From: Gracilinanus agilis
Lineage: Eukaryota
Assembly (NCBI RefSeq): GCF_016433145.1
Contig: NC_058134.1
Location: 286,903,449 to 286,967,448 of the forward strand
Direction of reading: 5' to 3'
Length of the DNA: 64,000 nt
Shown here: positions 35,054 to 47,800 of the stretch, one piece after another
Numbering within the stretch: the stretch's first letter is position 1
How the letters are laid out: the number at the start of each line of letters is the position of its first letter
Notes under the pieces: model-generated
The model's database searches: none
Seen by the model: only the letters and a program-made list of their open reading frames with translations
What the model was told of the DNA's origin: nothing
Translations under genes and position numbers: made by a program

Positions 35054-37584
35054 CTGGGGAGAAACACGGGAGAAAATCTGTAAGATAAAGCCAACACTCA
35101 GGGCCTACTTCCTCCCCAGTGGGAAGTGGGTGAGGTATAGGAGGCCGGAACTTGAGGATTGGGACAAAGCCCTTCCAGAGATGCTGCTCCCTCAAAATTA
35201 GGGTAATTCAGCAGAGCCTTCCCCATTCCCAATTTTGGTTTCAATGAACTGGGTAATTCAAGGGCTCCCTCCTAGCCCAATTCACCTCAATTATCTGAAT
35301 AATTCAAACACTAGCCCCCATTTAGTTCATCTTGGCCTTTATTATGTGAGTAGTCCAAGTTGTTTTAAATAATGAATTTTTCTCAGGTAGCTAAATAATT
35401 CAGTCCCCAAACCTAGCACAATTTTGCCTCATTCTGACAAATAAAACAGAAGCAGTCTTCATGTTTTCTTGGATTTTTTTGTAGGGAGAGGAGGAAAAGG
35501 GAAAGAGAAAAGGAGGGGAAGGAGAATGGACACTTCATTATTGCATTGCCTCTTCTGGAGAAGGCTTCCCTATTCCTGCCAGGAAAACCTAACACAATGT
35601 TAGGGGAAATTCACTTTTGCCTTCTCCTGTTCTCGGGTACTTCTTACCAAAATAAGTACAGTTAGTGAGAGAAAATAAAGCAAACCCTTGAAGGGAAACA
35701 TGATAATTCCCATGAATGGTGGCCTACAAACTCATCCTGGGTAAGAAAGTCCCTATTGTAGCATCCTAGGGGTGGCCTTCCTCAGGTGGAAGGTTTCTCC
35801 AGGCATAGGTGTGCTCTCCCTGCTCTCCATGTGTCTTCAATGACTTTCCTCTTGGGTGAGTCAGAAGAAGCCCCCTGCCCCACCCTGCTGGGTGAGATAG
35901 AAGGAGAGCTCTTTCTTCAGGTTCTCAATTCCCTCTTCCCCTTCTTAAAGATCCAAACTTTGCTTCTAACTCCCAACAGACCATTAAAGAGGTGCTGGCT
36001 CCTTTGTAGGCACTTCCAATCAATCTCATTCTCTGACTCTGGGAGACTCTGTGTCTTCCCCCCCAACCCTCCCTCCTTCACTCCTCCAATATTCCCTTTT
36101 TTCAGGTTCACAAAACCAGATCAAGGAAGAAAAGTAACTTCACTCCCTTTGCCCCTCTTATCCCCTCAACAAAACTCATAGACCTTCCAAAGAGAAATGG
36201 AAAATTGAGGCAGTCATACAAGTCCTTTTATCCTCTTCCCCAAAATTCAGAAACAACTCCCCAAGAAATCGCCCAATTTTTGTATTCATTTTTTTTTGGA
36301 TGTTCAGGACAAAGTATGTTGGAAAGGAAGAGATGGTACCTCCACTCTCTACTGCCAATGTAGCTATATCTCAGGAATGTAGGCAAAAATCCTGTCAGGG
36401 AGAACAGGATATCAAATGGTCCACAGGAGAGCAGGCCCTTGTTCTTCTAACCCACTCCATTTGGGCACATTCCCAGGTCTACAAACCCTTGTCTGCAATC
36501 GTTTTGACCCTATGTATTACAGAGACTAGATGGTTACTGTGGTGTAACCATCCAAATTGTTACAGAAAAATAATCTCTGGAAAGGAAAGAAAAGGAAGTG
36601 GAAAGTGAATAGCAGAATACTGAATGACAATGACTTGGCTGCCTACACAACTCCACTTCCAGCACAATTACTGGACAGCTAGGAAAATGTACATTCTACA
36701 TTTCTTTCTCCTCAACTAGTTGTACCAGCTGTTTTTGTCTTTTTTTTTTTTGCTGAATTTAGTGATATATATATTTCTCCCATGAAAAAGCATCGACATT
36801 TTCAGATTCACAATGTATCTTTGTCTTATGTTCAGAGAATCAGGCATTGAACTTATCTACACATTGGTATGTTGAGGAAAGAAGGAGGTTTGGGTGTATA
36901 AATTAGCTAAAAAATTACCCCCAAATAAAGGAAACAAACTTTCTACTTAGCTTGGAGCAAACATCATTTTATGTGTTATAACTATATTTTCATAGAGCAT
37001 ATAACATGAACACAACCCATTATTTTGTATAAATTTTGTCAAAGAACCAGTTTGATAGTCTTTTTTTTTTTTTTTAACAGAACTTGGTTGTTTTGGCCTC
37101 CCATAGAAAATAACCCACTTTCCTCGATTCCTGTAAAAGCCCCCTCTTCACTTCAACTAGACTGTTTAGAAACAAAGATGAGTATGTAGGCAGAGAGATG
37201 GGGATACTTCTGACATGGGAGACCCAGAGCAGAAAGGCGGCAAACCTGGCGACACTCCAGATAATTCGAAGACCAAGCCAAAGTATTCAAAAGCCCTCCT
37301 CCAAAATCCACTTGGCAGCCTGAACTATGTGGTTTGTGAATCAAATGAGAATTAGTGAATTCTCCAGTCTTCACTGGACTCAGTGCTAAAGAAAAAAGCT
37401 GTTCATCTCTTTGTGTACCCCCATTCTACACCCCAGAATTCTCAGTTCACTAAAATACAGTCTAGCCCCAGCCACATGTGCCTGACTATGGACATCACAT
37501 TCTATGTGGCATTAGGACCTTGGACTAAAATATTTGTCAGTGGGATCTTTCTCAAGTGCATCCCGGAGCCCAGCATTTCCAGTT

Positions 37585-37815
37585 CCCTTCTGTCTCTTTC
37601 CATTTCTCTCCCCTTGCAGCTTTTCTGTTCCCATTCTCCCCCTTTCTCTTCTTTCTACCATTTTATCTCTCCCTCTTTCCCCCTTCCTCTTCTTTCCTTC
37701 TTTCCTCTGCTTCTTCTCTCTCTATCCTGCCTCTTACTTTTCTTTTCCTTCCTCTCTTCCTTTCTCTCTCCTCTTGCCCCTCTTTCTCTCTGGATCTTTC
37801 AGCAAACCTTTCCTT
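37585..37815 (+). repeat. CT-rich polypyrimidine tract in the HOXC13 intron
   Basis: About 230 nt nearly all C/T; explains the spurious S/L/F-rich ORFs here. Confidence 0.85.
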
Positions 37816-39764
37816 TCCACAATAGCATCAAAAATAAAATGTGATTGAGACATAATTATTTGGATATTTCCAAGGGAGGGTATAGAGTAGAGAAATTTTT
37901 TTAACTACTAGAAAATCTTTTAGGGTTGTTTATTTTGTTTTTATTTTTTTTATTTTTGCCACAATTATATCTCTCTAATCATCTACTGTTGTCTATTCCA
38001 TTCTATGTATGAAGACCAAATCCCATTCAGTCAGAGATACACAAGATCGACAGCTATGTATTTACTTCTATATAGACTAAACAAACAATATTCTTGCCAA
38101 GTAACCTTTAAATCCTGGTCCTTCTAAAGGATTTCAAAAGTCTAAAGTCCTGGACAAAAAAGGATGGAAACGCATTTTAAGGCAGAAATGTATTTGTATT
38201 TAAAACCTACATTCTCTCTCGGTACTAATTCACCACCACTTCAGCCATCCACATGCATAGACATGCATGACATTCAGATATGCAAATATGTGGATATATA
38301 CACATGTGCATATGCATGTATGTATACATCCACATACATGTGTCTGATACATTGTCATACTGATGTAGCTGTTGAGACTGAATTTTACATACTATATCAT
38401 ACCTTTTACAATTAGTAACTCTCCTAAGATTGGCTTAATTTAGCTTGGATTTGTTTGTGTTTTTTAATTTTAAAGCTCTATTGGTTTTACACTAGAAATA
38501 GGCTAGGCTAAGAGGTGACTTGCTGAAAGGAAGGTATTTTCAGAGCCCTTCATTTGCAGAGAGATTACTTTGTCTCTGAAACTCCAAGTTCCACACCCCC
38601 TTAGGCCCTTTAAGGCCCCTAAGCTGGTTCTAACTCCCTGGCCTTACCAGCTCCCATCTACTATCTGCTGCCCAGTTTTTGGGAGAGGGTGGCACTGTGC
38701 CCCTTACTCTGGCCTGTTCCTAGACCACTCAAGGAGTTGCCCCTTCCACTCATTCCCGGTTAGGAGCTACTAATTTCAACAAATACTACAAGCTCCATCT
38801 GAATAGAGGAGGGAAGGATCAGGAGCTTCGGATAGAGAATTATTGGGACACACATCTAAATATTTGTACGTTTAACCTCAGACTCTGGCCCTGGAAGTTT
38901 GTGCTGTCTGTAGCCTGACCAGGAGGGTTCTTTTATCCTGGAACAGAACTAAAAATGGGCTTTATTTGCGATAGTCTATTGTGTACAGTTCTGTTTATGT
39001 TTCTACAGTATTGAGCTTATCAGCTTCCTCCAATCCGGTATACCAAGGATTCCCAGGCCCAACCCTCGAGGGGGGACTTTTATCCTTTATCCTGCATCTC
39101 TAGGATGGGAGAGTGTAGTCTGCTCTGGTCAGACATTCCCCCCCAAGCCCAAATCCTAGGCTCTTCAATAAAGGTACATAGTGGTACTATAGATCTCCTT
39201 CTGGTTCCTACGACCAGCTAAGAGGACAACGCTGTCCTCATCCAAATGAAGGCAGGTTCTCCCCTGGCCCTTGAGAGCTCCAGGTCTGCCTCTCACTCTA
39301 CGCTAGGACTCAAGTTCCTCTCTTGGGAGACAACCACCTCCCGCCCAATCTCTCCCTTCGATTCTTCTTCCTATGGAATGGGGGATACGGACTACTGAAC
39401 AATTTCCTCCTCCAGAGCATTGCCTCTGGTCTGCTCGAGGTGGAAAGTGCACGGATCCAACTGCACAGTCAAGGAGGTGACAGAAGATTAAGGTCTTTCT
39501 AGCCACTCTCCTCCCATACACACGAAGACGTACTATTTTTGTCCCCCGTCTCACCCCACCCCCCAGCCTAGGGATCTATCTGCCCTTTCAATTCTTTCTA
39601 AGTCATCATCTACGCCTCTCGCTGCTGTGGGGACCCTCCCCAGAATTCTCTTCATGCTCTTTAGATCCAGGGATATTCCCCTATTGTGGGGAAGGAGGGA
39701 AGTTAGCTAAATTTGAGCTCCAACAATCAGAAAAAAAGGCTAATTTTCCAGTCAGGCAAGGGCG

Positions 39765-39990
39765 TTACAATTACGCGGTCCCCAACAAGCAGAATTACTA
39801 AGAATTATTAATAAGAAAAAAAGTCCTATGGCTAAAATGTGTCCAAACCGTCTGACTAATTCAGGTCTTTAAAGAACCCGAGTGGTGCCCGAAATACTTG
39901 GGCAATTTGATTAGAAGAGGAGATTTAAAAATCCTGCCTAGCATTTTCTTTTGTTTGTCTTTGCCTTTATAAATCAGGCCAATTGTGCGT
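39765..39990. promoter_or_regulatory. Candidate conserved homeodomain-site element near the 5' end of the HOXC13 intron
   Basis: TTACAATTACG, AATTACTAAG, AATTATTAATAAG, CTAATTC and TTTATAAA within about 220 nt, 320-550 nt from the donor. Confidence 0.5.
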
Positions 39991-40313
39991 CTGGGCCTGG
40001 GATGTGTTGGGGCGCCGGAGCCGGTATTCCCTGGGCGCTGGAAGCCCGGGGAGCCAGGCGCTCGGGCGCCTGCTATTGCTTCACTTTCGGCGGGGCAGCT
40101 CAAGGGAACGTGTCGGAGCAGATTTCCTTCAGCGGCGCATTCCTCAACCCAGCTCGCCCGGCCGGCTCCCTCAGCAGCCGGGCGCGCCGCGGCCAGACAG
40201 CGGGGGTGGCTGGGGTGCGGAGCCCCAGGGGGTGTGTAGGGGGGTGGAGGGTTGGAGGCGGGAAATGGCGATGAGGATGGGGGTGTGCGTGCCACTCAAG
40301 AAAAGCCCCTTAC

Positions 40314-41020
40314 CTGGAAAAGGAGACTTCCAGAGGTGGGCTGACTGCGACTGCTCCTTGGAGCAGTACACCTGACTGTCCCAGCCGTTGGAGAGCGCCC
40401 AGTGCTGGTAGCCCTCGACGGGGATGAGGGCGTCGTGGCGGGGCTCGGGATGCCCGCTGATGCCCGGTACCACGGACACGTCCAAGTAGCCGGGCATCGC
40501 CTGGTAGGAGCTGGCAAAGCTGGGGTAAAAAGCGAACTCCTTGGCCCTGGAGGATAAGTCGTCACCCGGCAAGGCCCCCGACGGCTCGGGGTACTTGTCC
40601 CCGGGGTGGTAGGCGCAGGGCTTCTGCTGCAAGTTCACGTTGTGGGACAGGCGGCAGCCGTAGTAACTGCCCCCGAATGGGTAGCCGTAGCCCAGGGTGG
40701 CACTGGACGAGGTGGGGGGCGCCGGCGGCGGGGGGCACTGGCGGGCCGCCTCCGGGGCGGGGATGTCCGTGTAGACGGCGCCCTGCGGGGCGCCCAGGGG
40801 AGCCGGAGGCCGGCCCAGGACCGGGTGGGTGAGCAGGTCCCGGCAGTGGCTGGAGGGGCAGCTGCCGCCCAGTCCGTCCATGATCGGGGCTTTGCCGGGG
40901 CTGGCTCCGCTGCAGCTTCCCCCCCCTCCTCCGCCGCCTCCTCCTCCTCCGCCGCCGCCGCCTCCTCCGCCTCCTTCACCTCCTCCGCCGCCGCCGCCGG
41001 CGCCGCCTCCTCCGCCGCCG
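40314..41020 (-). CDS. HOXC13: HOXC13 exon 1 (5'-partial; ATG inside gap 41021-41152)
   Basis: poly-Gly then SCSGASPGKAPIMDGLGGSCPSSHCRDLL...QAMPGYLDVSVVPGISGHPEPRHDALIPVEGYQHWALSNGWDSQVYCSKEQSQSAHLWKSPFP, which is HOXC13. Donor CCAG|GTAAGG after 40314. The track start at 41175 is a GTG in the 5' UTR, not the real start. Confidence 0.97.
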
Positions 41021-41429
41021 NNNNNNNNNNNNNNNNNNNNNNNNNNNNNNNNNNNNNNNNNNNNNNNNNNNNNNNNNNNNNNNNNNNNNNNNNNNNNNNN
41101 NNNNNNNNNNNNNNNNNNNNNNNNNNNNNNNNNNNNNNNNNNNNNNNNNNNNGAGGGAGACAGCGAGGGAGACACCTCGCTCCCCTTTTCCCCCTCCCCC
41201 TCCTCCCTCCTCCCTCCCCCCTCCCCCCCCCCCTTTCCCCNNNNNNNNNNNNNNNNNNNNNNNNNNNNNNNNNNNNNNNNNNNNNNNNNNNNNNNNNNNN
41301 NNNNNNNNNNNNNNNNNNNNNNNNNNNNNNNNNNNNNNNNNNNNNNNNNNNNNNNNNNNNNNNNNNNNNNNNNNNNNGTCCCGGTCTCCTGGGTTCTCCG
41401 CCCCGTTCGAGGGGAGGGGTGGGGAAAGG

Positions 41430-41490
41430 TACAGCCCGGTGCTGATTGGCTCGCGGGAGGCGGGGGTGGAGAAGATTTAAAGAACTAGGG
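41430..41490 (-). promoter_or_regulatory. HOXC13 proximal promoter
   Basis: Perfect NF-Y site AGCCAATCAG (41451-41442), GC box GAGGCGGGG near 41457-41465 and TTTAAA 41476-41481, just upstream of gap 41241-41377. Confidence 0.7.
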
Positions 41491-41819
41491 AGACGCCCCT
41501 TGGAGGGCCTGGAAAAAGGGGGGGCACAAAAGGGGGGGCGGAGGGGAGCAGGCACTATTTGGTCGACATGAAGGGGAAGGAGGGGCTGGTTGTCCGTGGC
41601 TTCCCTGGGGGAGCTCAAGAATGGGGGGAGTGTGTGTAGGGGGGCGATTTACACCTCCCTTCCTCCCATCTCCCCGTCCCCTCCCCCGCTCCCTACTCCC
41701 TTCCCCGGTAAATGGAGGCTACAGAGACTGCAGAAATCATGGATTAGATGTCAGGGTACGTGGGAGAAAATAGAATTTTTAAAATTGGTCAAATGGGGGG
41801 GGGGGAAGAGTGGGGTGAT

Positions 41820-41870
41820 TGTGTGTGCGTGTGTGTGTGTGTGTGTGTGTGCGTGTGTGTGTGTGTGTGT
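41820..41870 (+). repeat. (TG)n microsatellite with CG interruptions
   Basis: Read directly. Confidence 0.95.
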
Positions 41871-44800
41871 AAAACATTTCTGCTCCCAGCCAAGTAGAGC
41901 TAGCTCCCCTGTAGCTCCCAGCTGGAAAGGAGTCTGACTCTGATCTGAGAGGCTTTGATGATAGGGCTGTTTCCATTATAGACCATCTCCCCGAGTCTCC
42001 TGCTGCCGAACCTCTCGTCCTTACAAGGCAGCCCTTGGGAGAGGGGATCGCTCTCTCTCCAGCCCCTCTGGCCATTGCTTGCCTCCTGTCCTGTCCAGGC
42101 TTCTCAACGCCAAGAAAAGGGGGTTCCAGGGAGCAAGAGACGAGAATTCTTCTCTACCTTACCCGACCTCCCCTCCACACCAGACCTGGGGAAAAAGCCA
42201 CAGTGATTCTAGGAGTGAAAGAAAATAAAAGAGAAAGGGGGAAGGGACAGAGAGAAAGAAGAGAAACGGAAACCATTTAAGCACAACTGAAATAAGAAAA
42301 TTAAGAATAGAGTTTAAAATAGGAATAGAAAGAAATTGGGATGCAGAAATGGAGACGAGAGGTAACAATAGGTGCATTGATACCATACCCAGAATTAGGC
42401 TTCGGCTCGGGTATGCTCGTGCTGAAGGGATGGGGAGAAATAACCTAGGGGAAAGAGTAGAATGTGTATTTGCCTCAGTTTTTTCGCGGTCCTTTTTGTC
42501 TACTGTTCTGGCATTAAGCTTAGTCTGCCCGCTCTACCGGTTCACTCTCTGGAGGCACCCCCTCCTTTTCTCTCTCCCTTTTCCTTTCCTTCTGTCCCAG
42601 GGGTGCTTAGGATCCCTCCCAAGGGTCTAACCACCCCCTGGTGGAAGTCCTGAGCTGGGGGACAGAACAGTAGAAGGGCGCAGAGCTTGGGGCGGCGGCG
42701 CCGAGGAGCCTGGAAGGGCGTGCTCTGGACAAGAAGGGAAGCCGGCAGGGGTGGCTAAATTTCCAGCTCGGAAACACATCGTGTCAAAAAATTCTAGAGC
42801 GCAAAGTAGGAGAAGGCAGTGGCGGATGGCACCTTTGAATTCAACCACCATCACATTTCTAGGAAAAGAATGACCACACGAAAACACTAGGTTTTTATTT
42901 TTAAAGGGGAAAAAAAAGGCCTTTGCACTTAAAATTGTGGGGAAAGAGGGACCTGCCTTAGAGTTAGAAGCTGGGGCTCTTCAGTATCGGTCTCCGATAT
43001 CAGTCTCTTCCCCTCCCATGCAACCCCCGGGTACCCAATATCTCCGATGGCTGCTTCCCCATCTCGGACAGCGCTGCTTCTTCTCTTGGTTGTCTCGAGC
43101 TGAGCTATGAAGAGCCGAAATGGGATTGAAGAGAGAAAAATCAAGTGTTTTGGGAGGGTCGGGGGAGATGGGGGACAACTCTTCCTGTTCAGTCCTCCCG
43201 GTCTCCCTTCTTTTCTACCTTCCTCTCCAGTCTGCAGTCCCCCAGCCCCAGGCCATGTGCTTTTAAACTCTGGGTCTGCGGCCACCGAGTAACAGGGGAA
43301 GAAGTGGTCCAGAGGTTTCCATTCCCAGGTCCCCCACTCCTGTTGAACAGTAAAGGAATCTTTCTGCCGCCGCTCCTTCCCTCCTAACTATTAATTGGTC
43401 TATTCGGGGCCCTGAAGGAGAGGGTTAGTTTGGCTTAGAAAGTGTGGTTTGTGTATGTTTGTGTGTGTTCGTGTTTGTGTGGGGTCTCCTTCAGCAGAAA
43501 CTTTTAATGATCATCATCGTTGGGAAAGGTCATCTCTGAAACAAGACAGCAGCTGTTTAGGAGAGTGTTAGGAAAAGGAAAAGAAAAGTACATATTTGGG
43601 GGGATGCTGGGGGTGGGGCTCACAGAGATCCATAGAAAATAGGGTGGAGAGAACGATCGTAAGAAGGCGGACAGGAAAGTTGGATTGAGAAAAGAGCTGG
43701 CATCCTTCAGGGAATTGTCCGGCCCCAAACAGCCTGAGTCCAAGGTCAAGGTAAAACCCATCTGGCTAGAGACAGAGACCTGTGACCTTCGCTCCCTAGG
43801 TCTCACAGGCCAGCAGAGCTGCCTCTTCCGAGAGCCTCGGAGGGGCAAAGTTTAGCCTCCAGGTAGAGGGGTGGGCAAAGCGACACTTCCTTTCTAACAT
43901 CCCCCTTGCTTCTTTTCTATCCCAGCGCTGGCCCCAATTCAGACACCCAGTTCCTTGACTCTGTGGATCTGAAGGAACAAAGGACCCTAAACCCTAAACT
44001 AATCCATGCGCCCCTAGCTCCTGCTTGACTTTCAGATCTGGCGCCCAGGGCCAGAGTCGACTAGTCTCAATCCGACACCAAGGCAGAACCGGAGCCCTGC
44101 TGGTAGAGCCCAGGTTCCCTGGATCTTCAAGCTCTTTAGGGTTTTTCAGAAGCAATCTCATCCATTCCCCCAACGGGGCTCCCAGGTCAGCACACTGGAA
44201 GGCTCCTACAGCAAGGTAGCCCTGCAATAAATAAAATTAATAGTATGTTCTTTTCTAGGTTTATGTGAGGACATTAACTATTCCTATTGCAATGAGATAT
44301 AGATTTAATTAAGTCGGGCATTTTACAATTCCGTTTATTAGGGGCACGGTGCCGGCCGAAATTTGTAGCGAGAGAAAAGCAACCAAAGTCCATGTTCTCC
44401 AGCAGATAGGGTGAAGAACTAGGCCTGCTACACTGCTTGGGGAGATCCAGGGAACCCAGAAGGGGCTTGGGAACAAGTTTGTTTTGTCTGGACAGGTTAC
44501 CCCAGCCCTACCGGCACCCCTCACCTCTTCTGATTCACAAATTCCGAACTTGTTAGTCCTGAAGACAGTGGAGTGAAAAGGAATCAGCCCCACAGGCTAC
44601 TGGACTAGCGTTGGAGGAAATTTTCTAGTGTTAATTAACTGGAAAGAATCCGGTTCTTCCTTTCGAAGCACCCCCCAAACTCTAGCCTTCCAAAATGTGG
44701 CTTTCATTGAGATACAAATAAAATACATTTTTTTTAAAACTCAAGGAAGGAAAAAAAGGGACCAGACCAGAACAATTATACCTCGACTTCAGCAAGAAAC

Positions 44801-47800
44801 CTAGAGTAAGTGTGCTCTTTCTCACGAACACAGCCCCCCAGCCTCCTCCATGCCCAACTCAGCCTCGTCCATCCTGCCGAGCTTAGCTAGGGATCAGTCC
44901 TCTATTCATCAAGTGAATAAGAAAATCGCATTAAAGATGAGAAACGGGAAGAAGTTGAGTCCACAGCCTCTCCAAACTCCCATCAGCTTTGGGTTCTACC
45001 GAAATGGAAAAGACTTTTGATTGCATGGAAGGAAAAAAAGGGTGGAGGGAGATATTTAAAGTACAAATAAATCTCTCTTTCCACTCACACTGTCTAGATA
45101 CCCCTCCAGTGTCTCTCTTGACGGAAATCTCGCCCTGGTCCCCTCAGCTCAGCTGCCTTTTCAAGGGGCCGTTTGCTGAGGGGTCGAGATAAACTGGAGG
45201 GCCTGGGAAAATATCTCTTTTCCTACCTCCTTCCCTCTTCTCCTGCTTCCTGGAGATCCTGAGTTCTGAGTTTGCAAAGTGACTCTGAAATTTCTTCCCA
45301 CAAAAAGAGGAGTGAATTTACTATCTTTTATAGTTAGTAAAAGCCTGTGTTTGTATGTCTGTGTACCTAGAGGTTTGTTCAGGCTATTTGAAGTGTTCCA
45401 ACGAAGTCCTGTGCCTCACGTCTACATTCATGAGTAGAAAAATACTTTTCATGTACATCCCACCTCCTACTCCTAACCATGTCTCTGTCTACATCTCTTA
45501 TATGAAAACATAGATCTTGGAATTTATGTGTATGGATTTTGAGAATATCATAAATGTGTAATATATATATGTATATATATTCAGGTATTGGTATTTACAC
45601 AAGGCCTGCTTCTCCAGATATACATATCTCCCACCAGGGAAGTACTAAGAACACAAAAGAGCAGATTTCAGTGTCTTTGAAAGTTTGAATTTGGAAATCT
45701 AGGTGGACTCTGGAAGAGACTTAAAGTTGGTCAGAACTTTTGCTTAAGCTTATCTCCACTGCAGGGTTGTAGGTATGCCTGATGTTGTGGGTCTGGATCT
45801 CTTGGGAGTCTGTCTGCAACTCAGGAATTCGGAGACAAGAACCTGAATCACAACCCTCACTTAGGATACCTGTGGAAATCGAATGTTTTATTCCTTCTAC
45901 CCACCCCAATTCCCAAATCCATCTCTGGATATTCATCATCTGTTCTGTGGATTCCTTTTCCCTGGCATCCATTCCATCCTCCTCCTTCCTCTCCTCCATG
46001 TTCCCAGGGAGGAGAGTTTGATGTAAGTGAGGTTCTCTTGGCTGTCTCCTTTTAAAATTCCCTCAACTGAGGAGGGGGAGAGGGGAAAATTGGAATGGGA
46101 ATTCCACCATGTTAGCTTTGTGAGAGGTAGGGAAAGGAAAGACATTTTTTTTCCAGTAGGGCTTTTACTCATCATAACCCTAACTAGGGTAGAAGAAGGA
46201 AACTTTCAGTAAAAGCTAACCGGACTTGTACTATATCTCTGGAAAGAAAAGAATATTTCATTTGCTGCATAGATCTTAATGGGGAGGGGCCAAAAAAGTA
46301 GAGAGGTGGAGGAATAACTTAGAGGAGAGGGCTGGTCTTTGTTGATTTCTGTCATAGGCTCTCGTCTCCTCACCCTTCTACTTTCCTCCCCTTTCCCCAG
46401 TAGATAAGACAGTGAAATTTGGGATAAGGGGATGAAGAAAAGAAATACACTAGAAGGCTAGAAAGGGCTAATGGACCCATTTTGCCAAACTCAAAGGGCC
46501 AAGGCTGAAGCCCTTACCACCCCCATCTCTTCCATTCTTAATTCCCCAGGGCTCAGTGAGGTCTGGGGGCGGCCTATAGAGCGTGGAGACGCAGACGCCA
46601 CCTCTCCGGCTCTTCCATCCCCCAGTTACCTATATTGACTTTGATCTCTCCACCCCCACAGCCCATCCCTCAGAGACAGTCCCAACTTCCCTTTCCAGCC
46701 TGAGAACTCACCTCTAGGACATCTTCCTCTAGCTCTGGCTCCTTCCACCTCAATTCCTTACAGTGCCTGTCCACCAACCAGACACAGACCAGAGCGGTGG
46801 CTGGTTGGGCACCTGGGATTTACCAAGGGCCTCAATTTTCATCCTGTTCTAGGATTCTCTCTTTCAGTTTCCTTTTCTCCAAAGCCCACTCCAAGTGCCC
46901 TCTCACTCTGGAGATCTTAATCCTACATCTTTCAAAAGTCCAAAGGCTAATGAGCCCCATTACTGAACACATTGATAAATTAGGGTGGAGGTTGATTGGC
47001 TTAAAGCGAAGCACTTTCCCTCACCTCATTCTCTTCTCCTGATCTGGAAGGATTGAGGAAAGGCCCTTTGAGTCGGTTCCTTGCCCGCTCTCTTGCTTGA
47101 ATTTTCTTCTCAACTTCTGATCATCTCGATGCCCATTCCTTAGAGTGCCACCAGACCCACAATCACAGGAATTGCTAATTCTAACTGGGTTCTGGGTTGC
47201 TGTTCATGATTTCTTGTCCAATCACTCCTTTAATAGATATCTCCAGCAGTCATCTTCAGCCACTTCCCCAGTCCCCAATGTCAGTGCTCTTTCTTTCCCA
47301 ACTCCCAAGTCGTTCTCTTTTATCCCTCTCCCCTCCTGAGCTTCTAACTCCCTTCCCTCAAACCTTTTCATACACTCCATCTCCATCCTCCCCCCTCCTT
47401 CTCCAACTTTCCCCATCGGCCTTTCATCTCCCTTTCCCTTATCCTTATTTCTTAACTTTTATCCCCACCCCTCTCTTCCCCCCCCTCTCGCCTCCTCCCA
47501 TCCCCCTTCCCTTTTGCATCTCCGCGGGTCAATTTCACCCCCGAAATTGACAAAAGAATTCGAAGGAAGTAAACCTAGAGCTGACATGAACAAAGTCACT
47601 CCTCCCCTTTTGCTATTCCAGGCCCTCCCCCCCCTTCTTCAGATGCGGGAGAGAACCTTGAGTTCCCCCCACCCTTCCCCAAAACACCTCCCCTGTTTAG
47701 GAAGCCCTTCAAAGTCAGACAAATAAAATCCCCCCTTGGTTTTAGGGCCTGTCTGAAAGAGAAGTCCAAGTTCATTTTCAAGTTAGACAAGGGAGCTGAG

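Noticed and set aside
40606-41618. Long ORFs of 219-327 aa overlapping HOXC13 exon 1
   Set aside because: Alternative readings of the GGC/GGA repeat plus N gaps; not independent genes.
26186-42407. 12-mer TAGGCTTCGGCT at 26186 and 42396 (with a C(UUCG)G loop) upstream of HOXC12 and HOXC13
   Set aside because: About 100 exact 12-mer pairs are expected by chance in 64 kb; the stem is only 3 bp.
46590-46610. AGGTGGCG half-site resembling CTCF (also partial matches near 42820 and 51785)
   Set aside because: Only half of the motif matches; too weak without ChIP data.
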